Assembly: GCA_903871905.1 (NCBI GenBank)
Contig: CAIQIV010000586.1
Location: forward strand, 1 to 49,961
Direction of reading: 5' to 3'
Origin: an uncultured Chloroflexota bacterium
GTDB lineage: Bacteria; Chloroflexota; Anaerolineae; Anaerolineales; UBA4823
DNA: 49,961 nt
Positions 19,058-27,545 of this stretch are shown in pieces. Numbering within the stretch: position 1 is the first letter of the stretch; the number at the start of each line of letters is the position of its first letter. The notes under the pieces were generated by a model. That model worked only from the letters and a program-made list of their open reading frames with translations. It did no database searches and was not told the DNA's origin. A program made the position numbers and the translations under genes.

Positions 19058-19087
19058 GGGGCTGTCCGAAAAGTAATGGACAGCCCC
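19058..19087 (+). terminator. Hairpin after cheW (probable terminator)
   Basis: Perfect 10-bp stem GGGGCTGTCC / GGACAGCCCC with a 10-nt loop. The T tail is weak (TTCAAT). Confidence 0.45.
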
Positions 19088-19148
19088 TTCAATATCCAGG
19101 AAGGGTGAGATTTATAATCCATCTCTCTTCATTAAATATGAACATGCG

Positions 19149-19157
19149 TGCTATAAT
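19149..19157 (+). promoter_or_regulatory. Extended -10 promoter element TGcTATAAT
   Basis: TGCTATAAT at 19149-19157, with a weak -35 TTCATT at 19128-19133. Lies 30-48 nt upstream of the candidate starts of the next gene. Confidence 0.5.
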
Positions 19158-19186
19158 TTGCAGCGAGGTGCAAGCTTGTTCAAGGG

Positions 19187-21394
19187 TTGTTGAAGATAGA
19201 TGTTATGCTGGAATTGAGGGATTTTTTTCATCTTCCGCAGATTGATGAGTGGATCCGGACCATGCTGGCAGCCGGACCGGGGCTGCGGCTGATTGCAGGG
19301 CCTGATGCCAGGCTGGGTCAGCATGCCGACTATCGCGATGGTTTTCGTCCCAGCGGCAGATCTGCCCTGTTCTGGTTGTTGATGGATATGTTCCTGGCAG
19401 AATCACCTTCAAAAACCTGCATCGTTGTGACACAGGACAGGCAGAATGTCCGCATTCAGCGCGAGTTCCGCCGACGTGTCCAGGTGTTTGCCACCACCCC
19501 ATCGAACTCCTATGTGAATCAAATTGCCCTGGCTATGGCTCGTCGCCCTCAACTGTTGGTGGTAGACCGGTTTGAACCAGATACGGCTCCAATTATCCTC
19601 CAGGCGGCTAACCTGGGGTTGGTAGTCCTTTCGCAGATGGATACGGTCTTGTGGGGCAGTGGAGTGTGCAGCCAGTTGGTTGAGATGGGTTTGACCTCTG
19701 TCCAGCTTGCCAGCCTGGCCTGGGTGGTGGCAGTCCACCGGCTGCCAGGGTTGTGCCCGCACTGCAGGCGGGAGGTGCTTGAACTGGATTCAACAGGTGA
19801 GCAGCCTGGAACCATGTTTATCAGCCCGGGCTGCCAGGCCTGCCGAGGGAGCGGGCGCCAGGGAGATGTGGCTGCCTTTGACATCTTGCATCTTCCTCGC
19901 GGGGCTCACGGTCAGGGCGAGCTGGTCAGCCAGGTGGCCATGCAGGATTACCTGGAGCGCCTGGCTGTCCTGGGGCATATTGACCAGGAGAGCAGCCGGT
20001 ATTACTGCACCGATCAGCTGCGCCGGGCATTTCAACTTCTGACCTGGCGCGAGCAGGTCCTGGCTGAGAAATCTTCTGCATACGAGCGTAAGATGGCAGA
20101 GCTGGAGGCTGCAAACAGGGTACTGCAGCAGCGAACAACTTCCTTGTTTTCCTTGGAGGAGATTAGCCAGGCGCTGATCGCCTCGGTTGACCTGCCAGAT
20201 TTGGCAGACCGTGTCTGCCGCCGCGCCCGGGATGTGTGCGGCGCCGATCGAGCCATCCTCTTCTTTCACAACTCACAGCGGCAGGTGGAAGTCCTGGCAG
20301 TTGGGGGATGGCCTGCAGTGCTGCTGCACCAGAGGCTGCAGCCGGAGGCGCTGGCAGAGATCACGAAGGGCAATGATCCGGTGGTCCTCCAGCGCTGGCC
20401 GCCCAGCATCCCGCAGCCAGAACTGCCCCGCAACTTGTACTTGAGGGCGGGGCTTTACGTGCCTTTGGTGACACAGAACACCAGTTCAGGGGGGTTGCTG
20501 GTTCATTCCACCCTGAAGAGTTTTTTCTCGCCGGGTGAGATTGCCTTACTTAAAGCGCTTGCCAATCAGGCGGCGTTGGCTTTCCAGCGCGCCAGGATGG
20601 TGCAGGATCTGCAGGCCAAGATAGCCCTCCTGGAGACCGCCCAATCCGAGCTGGCCAAGAAGGAGAGATTGGAGCGCGAGCTGGAATTAGCGCGCCAGGT
20701 TCAGCAGAGCCTGCTGCCAACCACCTTCCCGGAGATGCGCGGTTTCCGTTTCGCCGCACGCAACGAGCCCGCCCGCCAGGTTGGGGGGGATTTTTATGAT
20801 GTTTTTGCCCTGGATGAGCAGCATTTTGGCATCGTGGTTGCAGATGTTTCAGATAAAGGGATGCCGGCCGCTTTGTATATGGCCCTGACACGCAGTCTGC
20901 TGCTGGCTGAAGCCCGGCGAGAACGTTCGCCGCAAAAGGTTGTACGGGATGTGAACCAGCTGCTGCTTGAGCTGGGCCAACCGGACATGTTTGTCACCCT
21001 GTTCTATGGCGTGGTGGACTGTATCAGCCGGCGGCTGATTTACACCCGTGCCGGTCATGATCACCCCTTCTGGGTGCATGATGCCCAGGTTCACTTCCTG
21101 GGGGGGAGGGGCGCAGCGCTTGGGATCCTGGATTCTGCTGAATTGGAAATGACAGAAGAATGGGTCGATCTGGCTGCAGGGGATCGCCTGGTGCTTTACA
21201 CCGATGGATTGACCGATGCCTTGAATGTTGCAGGCGAGCTATATCAGCGGGAAAGGTTGGCGGCGCTGGTGCAGTCAGCAGGTCATCTCCCGGCTGAACT
21301 GCTGTGCGAGGTGATCTTTGCCTCGTTGATGGAGTTCCAGGAGGGCGCTGAGCAGTATGATGACATGACACTGCTGGTGGTGGAAGTGCTCTGA
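19187..21394 (+). CDS. Fusion protein: degenerate GspE/PilB-type secretion-ATPase domain + coiled coil + GAF + PP2C/SpoIIE phosphatase
   Basis: 735 aa. The N-terminal part follows T2SS-E topology with the Cys4 motif retained (CPHC..CQAC) but with altered Walker A, Walker B, Asp and His boxes. C-terminal SpoIIE motifs are GGDFYDVF, VVADVSDKGMPAALYM, YTRAGHDHP, LYTDGLTDA and DDMTLLVVEV. Start is TTG 19187 or ATG 19205. Confidence 0.8.
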   Translation: MLKIDVMLELRDFFHLPQIDEWIRTMLAAGPGLRLIAGPDARLGQHADYRDGFRPSGRSALFWLLMDMFLAESPSKTCIVVTQDRQNVRIQREFRRRVQVFATTPSNSYVNQIALAMARRPQLLVVDRFEPDTAPIILQAANLGLVVLSQMDTVLWGSGVCSQLVEMGLTSVQLASLAWVVAVHRLPGLCPHCRREVLELDSTGEQPGTMFISPGCQACRGSGRQGDVAAFDILHLPRGAHGQGELVSQVAMQDYLERLAVLGHIDQESSRYYCTDQLRRAFQLLTWREQVLAEKSSAYERKMAELEAANRVLQQRTTSLFSLEEISQALIASVDLPDLADRVCRRARDVCGADRAILFFHNSQRQVEVLAVGGWPAVLLHQRLQPEALAEITKGNDPVVLQRWPPSIPQPELPRNLYLRAGLYVPLVTQNTSSGGLLVHSTLKSFFSPGEIALLKALANQAALAFQRARMVQDLQAKIALLETAQSELAKKERLERELELARQVQQSLLPTTFPEMRGFRFAARNEPARQVGGDFYDVFALDEQHFGIVVADVSDKGMPAALYMALTRSLLLAEARRERSPQKVVRDVNQLLLELGQPDMFVTLFYGVVDCISRRLIYTRAGHDHPFWVHDAQVHFLGGRGAALGILDSAELEMTEEWVDLAAGDRLVLYTDGLTDALNVAGELYQRERLAALVQSAGHLPAELLCEVIFASLMEFQEGAEQYDDMTLLVVEVL

Positions 21395-21419
21395 CGGTTT
21401 CGGAGGGTATAATAAGAGT

Positions 21420-22880
21420 ATGGCAAAAACCCGTACCCAATATGTCTGCCAGCAGTGCGGTCGGTCTGCCCCACGAGCGATGGGGCGCTGCCCACAGTGC
21501 GGTACCTGGAACTCGATGGTGGAGGAGGTGGTTGAGATCACCCCGGTCCCGGCAGCCGCGCATGCGGGGCGCGGCCTGGGAGGGCGTTCTTCTCCTCGCC
21601 GCCTGTCGGAGATCAGCGGTGATTTTGAAGCGCGTCTGCCGCTCTCGATCGGCGAGTTTGCCCGCGTCCTGGGTGGGGGGATTGTGCCAGGCTCGGTGGT
21701 GTTGTTAGGAGGCGATCCAGGGATTGGGAAGTCAACCCTGCTGCTGCAGCTGGCGCTGGAGATGGCGCAGCAGGTGCGTGTCCTGTATGTGTCAGGAGAA
21801 GAGTCAGAGCGCCAGATCAAGATGCGCGCTGTGCGTCTGCTGCGCAATGGGAACGGTGAGGATGAGAAAGATGATAGCGGAGGGATTGCCTCGATGCCGG
21901 AAGAACTGCTCCTGGTAACCGAAACCAACTTGAATGTGATCCTGGAGCATGTCACAGAGGTCAAGCCATTATTGTTGATCCTGGATTCGGTCCAGACCAC
22001 CTACCTGCCAGAGCTAGACTCGTCCGCGGGTTCAGTGACCCAGGTGAGGGAGACTGCCTCACGCTTGCGGGAGCTGGCAAAAACCAGTGGGGTTGCCGTA
22101 TTCCTTATCGGGCATGTCACCAAGGAAGGAGCGATTGCTGGCCCGCGCATCCTGGAGCACATTGTCGATACGGTTCTGTACCTGGAAGGAGACCGTTTCC
22201 AGTCTTACCGTCTGCTGCGCTCGGTCAAGAACCGCTTTGGCGCCACGTCTGAGGTGGGGGTCTTTGAGATGCGCGAACGGGGGATGGTGGAGATCACCAA
22301 TCCATCGGAAGCTTTCCTGGCAGAGCGCATGATCAATGCTCCTGGCTCTGCCATCGCGGTGACCATGGAGGGCACTCGCCCACTCCTGGTGGAGATCCAG
22401 GGCTTGACCAGCCCGACCTCCTTTGGCAACCCGCGGCGTACGCCAAATGGGATCGACTTTAATCGCCTGCTGTTGACGGTTGCCGTGCTCACCCGGCGGG
22501 TGGGGCTTCATCTGGGGGAACAGGATATCTTTGTCAACGTAGTGGGAGGCATGGCAGTCAGCGAGCCGGCAGCGGACCTGGCAGTTGCCGCCGCGGTGGC
22601 TTCTTCCATGCGGAATATTTCAGTGCGAGCAGATACGGTGTTGATTGGTGAAGTAGGCCTGTCTGGCGAACTGCGCATGGTAGGGCAGATGCCTGCCCGC
22701 CTGCGGGAAGCCGCCAAGCTTGGCTTTCGCACCGCCATCGTGCCCCGCCGCCTGAGGGCGATTGAACCGTGGCCGCAGGGCATTCAGGTGGTGGAAGTGC
22801 GCTCTTTGCGCCAGGCCCTGGAGCAGGCGTTTGTGGATGATGGTAAGGGGAAAGATGCTGCCTCACCCCGGGACCAATAA
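21420..22880 (+). CDS. radA: DNA repair protein RadA/Sms
   Basis: C4 zinc finger (CQQCG..CPQCG), Walker A GGDPGIGKST, KNRFG motif, and a Lon-like C-terminal domain. GGAGGG RBS. Confidence 0.96.
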   Translation: MAKTRTQYVCQQCGRSAPRAMGRCPQCGTWNSMVEEVVEITPVPAAAHAGRGLGGRSSPRRLSEISGDFEARLPLSIGEFARVLGGGIVPGSVVLLGGDPGIGKSTLLLQLALEMAQQVRVLYVSGEESERQIKMRAVRLLRNGNGEDEKDDSGGIASMPEELLLVTETNLNVILEHVTEVKPLLLILDSVQTTYLPELDSSAGSVTQVRETASRLRELAKTSGVAVFLIGHVTKEGAIAGPRILEHIVDTVLYLEGDRFQSYRLLRSVKNRFGATSEVGVFEMRERGMVEITNPSEAFLAERMINAPGSAIAVTMEGTRPLLVEIQGLTSPTSFGNPRRTPNGIDFNRLLLTVAVLTRRVGLHLGEQDIFVNVVGGMAVSEPAADLAVAAAVASSMRNISVRADTVLIGEVGLSGELRMVGQMPARLREAAKLGFRTAIVPRRLRAIEPWPQGIQVVEVRSLRQALEQAFVDDGKGKDAASPRDQ

Positions 22881-22919
22881 CCTGGTCCCATCCCAGGTGT
22901 TGGATACCTGATCCCTGGA

Positions 22920-23879
22920 ATGATGGAGGCAGTGTCTGTGTTTCATATTGGATATGTGCCGGTCCGAGGCCGGCTGATCCTGGCCCCGATGGATGGGTAT
23001 TCCAATCTGCCGTTTCGTTCTATTTGCCGTGAATTGGGGTCGGCGCTGAGCTACACCGAATTCATCAATGCCCTGGATATATTACAATCGCACCCCCGCA
23101 TCTTTCGGAAGTTTGCTTTCCTGCCTCAGGAGAGGCCGGTGGTCTTCCAGATTTTTGACAGCGATCCGCAGCGGCTGTTGGAGGTGGCGCTGCGCCTGCA
23201 GGAATATGAGCCAGATGTGATCGATATCAACATGGGCTGTTCGGATAACAACGTGGCTTTTCGCGGGGCAGGCGCAGGGCTGCTGCGCTCACCGGAAACC
23301 GTGGCGACCATCTTTCGCACTCTTACCCGCGCCTTGAATGTTCCAGTGAGTGGAAAGATACGCCTGGGCTGGGATGAGCAAACCCGCAATTACCTCCAGA
23401 TCGCCCGGATTGTTGAGGACAACGGGGGAGCCCTGCTGGCGGTCCATGCACGTACCCGCTCGCAGAAATATGCTGGAAGGGCAGACTGGGATGCTATTGC
23501 CGAGGTCAAGCAGTCGGTTTCGATCCCGGTGGTGGGGAATGGGGATGTGTGCAGCTTGGGAGATGTCGAGGCGATGCTCAACCATACTGCCTGTGATGGG
23601 GTGATGATTGGACGGGCGGCGATCGGCAACCCGTGGATCTTCTCGGGTTTGAACCGAGAGGCAGTCCCTTTTGATCGGGTCTATTTCGTCATGCGGGACC
23701 ACCTGCAGCGGATGTTGGATTTTTATCACGGTGAGTATGGTCTGGTCTTGTTTCGCAAACACGCCCGGCGCTATCTTTCACTGTATTCACTGCCGCCAGA
23801 TTTGATGCGCTGCCTGATGACTACTGATTCGGTACCGGAGTTTCTGGAGAGCCTGCATTTAGTGGGTAATTATTTATAA
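22920..23879 (+). CDS. dus: tRNA-dihydrouridine synthase
   Basis: LILAPMDGYSNLPFR and DINMGCS (catalytic Cys context), with an FMN TIM-barrel pattern throughout. Confidence 0.9.
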   Translation: MMEAVSVFHIGYVPVRGRLILAPMDGYSNLPFRSICRELGSALSYTEFINALDILQSHPRIFRKFAFLPQERPVVFQIFDSDPQRLLEVALRLQEYEPDVIDINMGCSDNNVAFRGAGAGLLRSPETVATIFRTLTRALNVPVSGKIRLGWDEQTRNYLQIARIVEDNGGALLAVHARTRSQKYAGRADWDAIAEVKQSVSIPVVGNGDVCSLGDVEAMLNHTACDGVMIGRAAIGNPWIFSGLNREAVPFDRVYFVMRDHLQRMLDFYHGEYGLVLFRKHARRYLSLYSLPPDLMRCLMTTDSVPEFLESLHLVGNYL

Positions 23880-24008
23880 CCAGGTTCAGCATCTCACCAG
23901 GGGAATGGAACTGCTGCTGATTGGCTGGATGTTCCATGCAATCCCCATGTTATTCTCATGGATTATCGGGTAAACTTCAGGTAATTCTTGGTGTTTAGAG
24001 ACGAGCAA

Positions 24009-24647
24009 ATGGCCAAAAAAGTATTGCCAGTTGAGTGGTTGAGCCTGGGTGCTGCGGCGGAATTGTTGGGAGTGCATCCCAGCACGGTACGCAGCTGGTC
24101 GGACCAGGGCAAGTTGCCGGTGCACCGCACCCGGGGGGGACACCGCCGCTACCTGCGCAGCGAAGTGGAGTTATGGATGGCGTCGCAGCGCATGGAAGGT
24201 TTTTCTGAACTGCACCTGGCGTTGCAAATGGCGCTGCGCAATACACGCTACCACATCAGCGAAGGCCGGCTGGCGGAGGAAGCCTGGTACAACCTGCTGG
24301 ATGAGGAGGCGCGCCAGCAGTACCGCATGAGTGGGCGGTCCATGCTGGAAGGACTGCTCAGCTACCTGGCCTCGGATGGGGCTACGGCAGACGCCGAGGC
24401 GGATGCCCTGGGCTATGAATATGCCTCGCGCGGCAGGCGGTATGGGCTGAACACGGTGCAAGCCACGCACGCTTTCCTGTTCTTCCGGGGTGTGCTGCTT
24501 GAATCCATGCTGACCGTGTACGAGGCGGCTGCGGTGCGCTCCCCGCATGCCTGGGGAGACCTCTTTCGCAAGGTGAACGATTTTACCGATCGCATCCTGA
24601 TTACCCTGTTGGAAACTTATGAAGCTTATCAGAAAGTGACACGCTAA
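24009..24647 (+). CDS. MerR/excisionase-type HTH DNA-binding protein with uncharacterised C-terminal domain
   Basis: N-terminal HTH LSLGAAAELLGVHPSTVRSWSDQGKLPVHRTRGGHRRY. The ORF opens at TTG 23988; the first ATG is at 24009. Confidence 0.7.
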   Translation: MAKKVLPVEWLSLGAAAELLGVHPSTVRSWSDQGKLPVHRTRGGHRRYLRSEVELWMASQRMEGFSELHLALQMALRNTRYHISEGRLAEEAWYNLLDEEARQQYRMSGRSMLEGLLSYLASDGATADAEADALGYEYASRGRRYGLNTVQATHAFLFFRGVLLESMLTVYEAAAVRSPHAWGDLFRKVNDFTDRILITLLETYEAYQKVTR

Positions 24648-24651
24648 AGTT

Positions 24652-25185
24652 ATGACTGACCAGTTGGTACATGTTTCTCAATCTGTCTTAAATTTTTCCC
24701 CACTGCTGCGCGTGCGCCGCAACCATGGGCTGGAACATGCCACGCTGCATGTGCTGGCAGACCGCTTTCCGAAAGTTCCGTTTGCCGGTCATTCGGACCT
24801 CTTTGGCTTTTGGATAGTTGGAGATGTCAGCTCGGAGGATTTGTACGCCGCGGTGCTCGAGGCCCTGAACCGGCTGCGAAATGGGGAAGAAGGCCTGGCG
24901 GTTCACCCAAATTGCGGGACAAATTATGTGGCTGCGGGCTTGCTATCTGGTTTTGCGGTCTGGGTTTCTATGTTGGGGACCGGGCGTCCCTTGAAGGAAA
25001 AGCTCGAACGGCTGCCGCTGGCTCTGGTGGTTGCGACCCTGGCATTGATGGTTTCACAACCAGCCGGCCAGCTTCTGCAGAGCCATGTCACCACCTCAGG
25101 GCAGCCTGGAAAGATGCGGGTGATCCAGATCTCGACCTCTTATTCAGGAAAGGTGAAGGCTCACCGCGTGGTCACCGAGGGGTAA
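24652..25185 (+). CDS. Conserved hypothetical membrane protein (NHGLEH / HPNCGTN motifs)
   Basis: 177 aa with hydrophobic segments in the C-terminal half. His/Cys-containing motifs suggest a metal site. Lies 4 nt after the previous gene and 4 nt before holA. Confidence 0.6.
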   Translation: MTDQLVHVSQSVLNFSPLLRVRRNHGLEHATLHVLADRFPKVPFAGHSDLFGFWIVGDVSSEDLYAAVLEALNRLRNGEEGLAVHPNCGTNYVAAGLLSGFAVWVSMLGTGRPLKEKLERLPLALVVATLALMVSQPAGQLLQSHVTTSGQPGKMRVIQISTSYSGKVKAHRVVTEG

Positions 25186-25189
25186 GGGC

Positions 25190-26179
25190 ATGGAGCCACA
25201 CATCCAGGTTTTGTTTGGCGATGATGAACTGGCGATTACGGAATATGTGAAAAGCCGGGAAAAAGAGCTCGGCGACCCGGTAACGGCTGAGATGAACATT
25301 ACCCGGCTGGACGGCAGGACGTTCAATCCGGATGAGCTGCTGCGCGTGGCGGCTGCCATGCCGTTTCTTGCCAGCCGCAGGATTGTTGTGATTTCAAATT
25401 GCTGGGGGAGATTTAAGCAATTAGAAGATGCTCAGCGGAGTTTTCTGGCAAACCTTGAAAAAATACCTGCTACCACACTGTTGTTACTGACTGGTGTGCT
25501 TGAAGAAAAGCGGGATGTGAAGAAATTTCTTCCAAAATGGTTTACTGATTGGGCCAGTAAGCATCCTGGTAAAGTAAAACTGGATGGCACTTTTACTACA
25601 CCAGCGGGCAGGGAACTAGAAAAATGGATTGAGAAGCGGGCGGTGGATTTGGGTGGAAAAATATCTCCAGATGCGGCAGCTTTGATGGTCAGTATGGTTG
25701 GGGAAGAGCCGCGCCAGCTCGATCAGGAGGTGTTGAAACTGCTGACATATGTGAACTTCAAGCGCAAAGTTGAGCCAGATGATGTGGAGAAGTTGATTGT
25801 CAATTCTGCGCAGGTAAATATCTTTGAATTGGTTGATGCAATCAGCGACCAGAATAAACATAAAGCAGTCCGATTGTTACATCGTATGCTTGATGACGAA
25901 GATCCTTTTATGTTGTTTGCGATGATCATTCGCCAATTTCGCTTTCTTCTCTTGGTAAGGGATTGTTTGGACCACTCTGCGCAGCTATTTGATGTAGGGA
26001 AAGCGTTTGCTCTAAGTGATTGGCAATTGCAAAGATTCTCGTCCAGCGCCCGCCGGTTCGCGCTGCCGCTGCTTGAGACCGTTTACCGCCGTTTGTTAGA
26101 GATCGATGAAATGGTAAAAACAGGGAAAATGGAGCTGCCTCTGGCACTGGAAACCTTTGTGGTGGGGTTCACCAGCTGA
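25190..26179 (+). CDS. holA: DNA polymerase III subunit delta
   Basis: 329 aa. HolA-like layout (LFGDDELAI N-terminus; IFELVDAISDQNKHKAVRLLHRML..FMLFAMIIRQFRFLL). GAGGGG RBS. Confidence 0.8.
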   Translation: MEPHIQVLFGDDELAITEYVKSREKELGDPVTAEMNITRLDGRTFNPDELLRVAAAMPFLASRRIVVISNCWGRFKQLEDAQRSFLANLEKIPATTLLLLTGVLEEKRDVKKFLPKWFTDWASKHPGKVKLDGTFTTPAGRELEKWIEKRAVDLGGKISPDAAALMVSMVGEEPRQLDQEVLKLLTYVNFKRKVEPDDVEKLIVNSAQVNIFELVDAISDQNKHKAVRLLHRMLDDEDPFMLFAMIIRQFRFLLLVRDCLDHSAQLFDVGKAFALSDWQLQRFSSSARRFALPLLETVYRRLLEIDEMVKTGKMELPLALETFVVGFTS

Positions 26180-26220
26180 CGGGAGAAGCATGGAACCCGG
26201 CGCCGGCTTCTCCCGTCTTT
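26180..26220 (+). terminator. Hairpin after holA (probable terminator)
   Basis: 10-bp stem CGGGAGAAGC (26180-26189) / GCTTCTCCCG (26206-26215) with a 16-nt loop, then TCTTT. Confidence 0.45.
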
Positions 26221-26265
26221 GAACCGCTCTGGCAGTCAGGGCTGCCAGGTTAAAATTGGAAAAAC

Positions 26266-26535
26266 CTATTCCTTGCTGCCTACACCGATCCACAGGTGAT
26301 TGGGCAGGACGGAACGGGTGGGATGTACCTCCACACCGGCGGAGCGGTATACAGGTAGGTTACTGAGTCCATGGTTCGTGTCTGGGCTGCCATGGGCAGT
26401 GAGCATGCTGGGGTGCACGAAGCATACCGTCGGGGTTGCGCCATATTTGTTGCGATAGTAGGATGCAGCCCGCTCGATTTTGCTGCTCAACTCGGCTTTG
26501 GGGTCATTATCGAACCATAACATTCCGATGTTCAT
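26266..26535 (-). CDS. Small conserved hypothetical protein
   Basis: 89 aa. Purine-rich RBS (GGAAGTGAGAG) upstream of the ATG. Lies 18 nt downstream of the P-loop ATPase gene on the same strand. Confidence 0.6.
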   Translation of the reverse strand: MNIGMLWFDNDPKAELSSKIERAASYYRNKYGATPTVCFVHPSMLTAHGSPDTNHGLSNLPVYRSAGVEVHPTRSVLPNHLWIGVGSKE

Positions 26536-26553
26536 CTCTCACTTCCTTTTCTG

Positions 26554-27432
26554 TTAATTATTGTCAAGGATCCAGAACCGCAGCCAGTCTATTCCGAACG
26601 GAGTACAGGCCTGATCGCCAGCTGTGCAGGGTGGGATCTGATTCAGACCGAAATAAGAGCGGATAATCCTGTCCTTACGTAGATGGGTAAAAAAATGTGA
26701 GCGAAATGACGAGAGCAAGGGACGATCAATTGTGCCAATGCTCTCTGCATCCAAGACGGCGAAAGTCCAGATACCGTACCGAGGCCCATGGCGGGCGATG
26801 GATGCCAGGCGCAGGTAATTTTCTTCGTCCAACCATTGCAGGCAGGAGGCCAGGTCATCGATGGCCAGGATCACCCTGGTATTTCCTGGCTGGTTGCGGC
26901 GGCGCTCTTCAACCTGTCGGTTCAGATTCATAATGAGATCGAGCATCGTACTGTGGTTGGGGGTCAGGTACTCCAGGCAGTTTTTATTACCGGTCAATGC
27001 CAGGTAATCGCCTGGTTCGCGGGTGATTAGAGAAAAACCGATAGCATCCTCTGGAAAGGTCATCTCCACGGATTTTAGCATGGTGCGCAGCAGGCGTGTC
27101 TTCCCCGACTGCCGATCTCCCAGGATCAGGATGGAACCAGGGGAGGGGTTGGTCAGGTCGATGGTCAGCGGCATGCCATCTTCACATAAACCGACAACGA
27201 CTGAATGGGAAGGGAGTGGGCCGGTTTGTTCAGCAAGTTCAGCCAGGTTTTTGGGGAGAGCAAGCAGGAGAGGATCAACCAACGTATCTGGCTCAAATTC
27301 GGGATATTCGGCATTCTGGAAGTCCTGCCCTTCAGGGGAGGATGGTGCAGTTGTCATGCGCCTATCCTGTGACTGCCTGAAATGGCTTAAAGACTTAAGA
27401 CTGCGCAGTACATTTTCGCCGGTAACATACAT
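26554..27432 (-). CDS. Stand-alone FtsK/SpoIIIE-like P-loop ATPase domain protein
   Basis: Walker A ILILGDRQSGKTRLL, Walker B-like RVILAIDDLASCL, and RHGPRYGIWTFAVLD resembling the FtsK RA.GIH motif. Start moved to ATG 27432, which has AAGAGGTG 6 nt upstream. Confidence 0.6.
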   Translation of the reverse strand: MYVTGENVLRSLKSLSHFRQSQDRRMTTAPSSPEGQDFQNAEYPEFEPDTLVDPLLLALPKNLAELAEQTGPLPSHSVVVGLCEDGMPLTIDLTNPSPGSILILGDRQSGKTRLLRTMLKSVEMTFPEDAIGFSLITREPGDYLALTGNKNCLEYLTPNHSTMLDLIMNLNRQVEERRRNQPGNTRVILAIDDLASCLQWLDEENYLRLASIARHGPRYGIWTFAVLDAESIGTIDRPLLSSFRSHFFTHLRKDRIIRSYFGLNQIPPCTAGDQACTPFGIDWLRFWILDNN

Positions 27433-27470
27433 CTCAGCACCTCTTTCTCGATAATAGAACATTCGTTCTT

Positions 27471-27499
27471 ATTATACAATTCAAGCGCTGAGATGTCAA
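27471..27499 (-). promoter_or_regulatory. Consensus sigma70-type promoter for the P-loop ATPase operon
   Basis: On the minus strand: TTGACA (27499-27494), a 17-nt spacer, then TATAAT (27476-27471). About 32 nt of leader precede ATG 27432. Confidence 0.7.
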
Positions 27500-27545
27500 T
27501 ATGTTTTTTAATTGAATCTGGCAATGATTAGCCTCGGCATGATCT

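Noticed and set aside
21840-21902. Acidic insertion of about 20 aa in RadA (NGNGEDEKDDSGGIASMPEE) between the Walker A and Walker B regions; considered as a possible mini-intein or mobile insertion.
   Set aside because: It is far too short for an intein, has no Cys/Ser-...-HN splice-junction motifs, and reads like a surface loop.
21275-22000. 241-aa minus-strand ORF spanning the PP2C/radA junction.
   Set aside because: It is antisense to two well-supported genes, has Arg/Ser/Pro-rich composition and no domain motif.
23886-24143. 85-aa minus-strand ORF overlapping the 5' end of the HTH gene.
   Set aside because: It has no RBS, overlaps a better-supported plus-strand gene, and has a composition atypical of a coding region.
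24009-24647. Excisionase-type HTH protein considered as a prophage or integrative-element remnant.
   Set aside because: No integrase, att-like repeats or phage genes are nearby. It is tightly packed with housekeeping holA.
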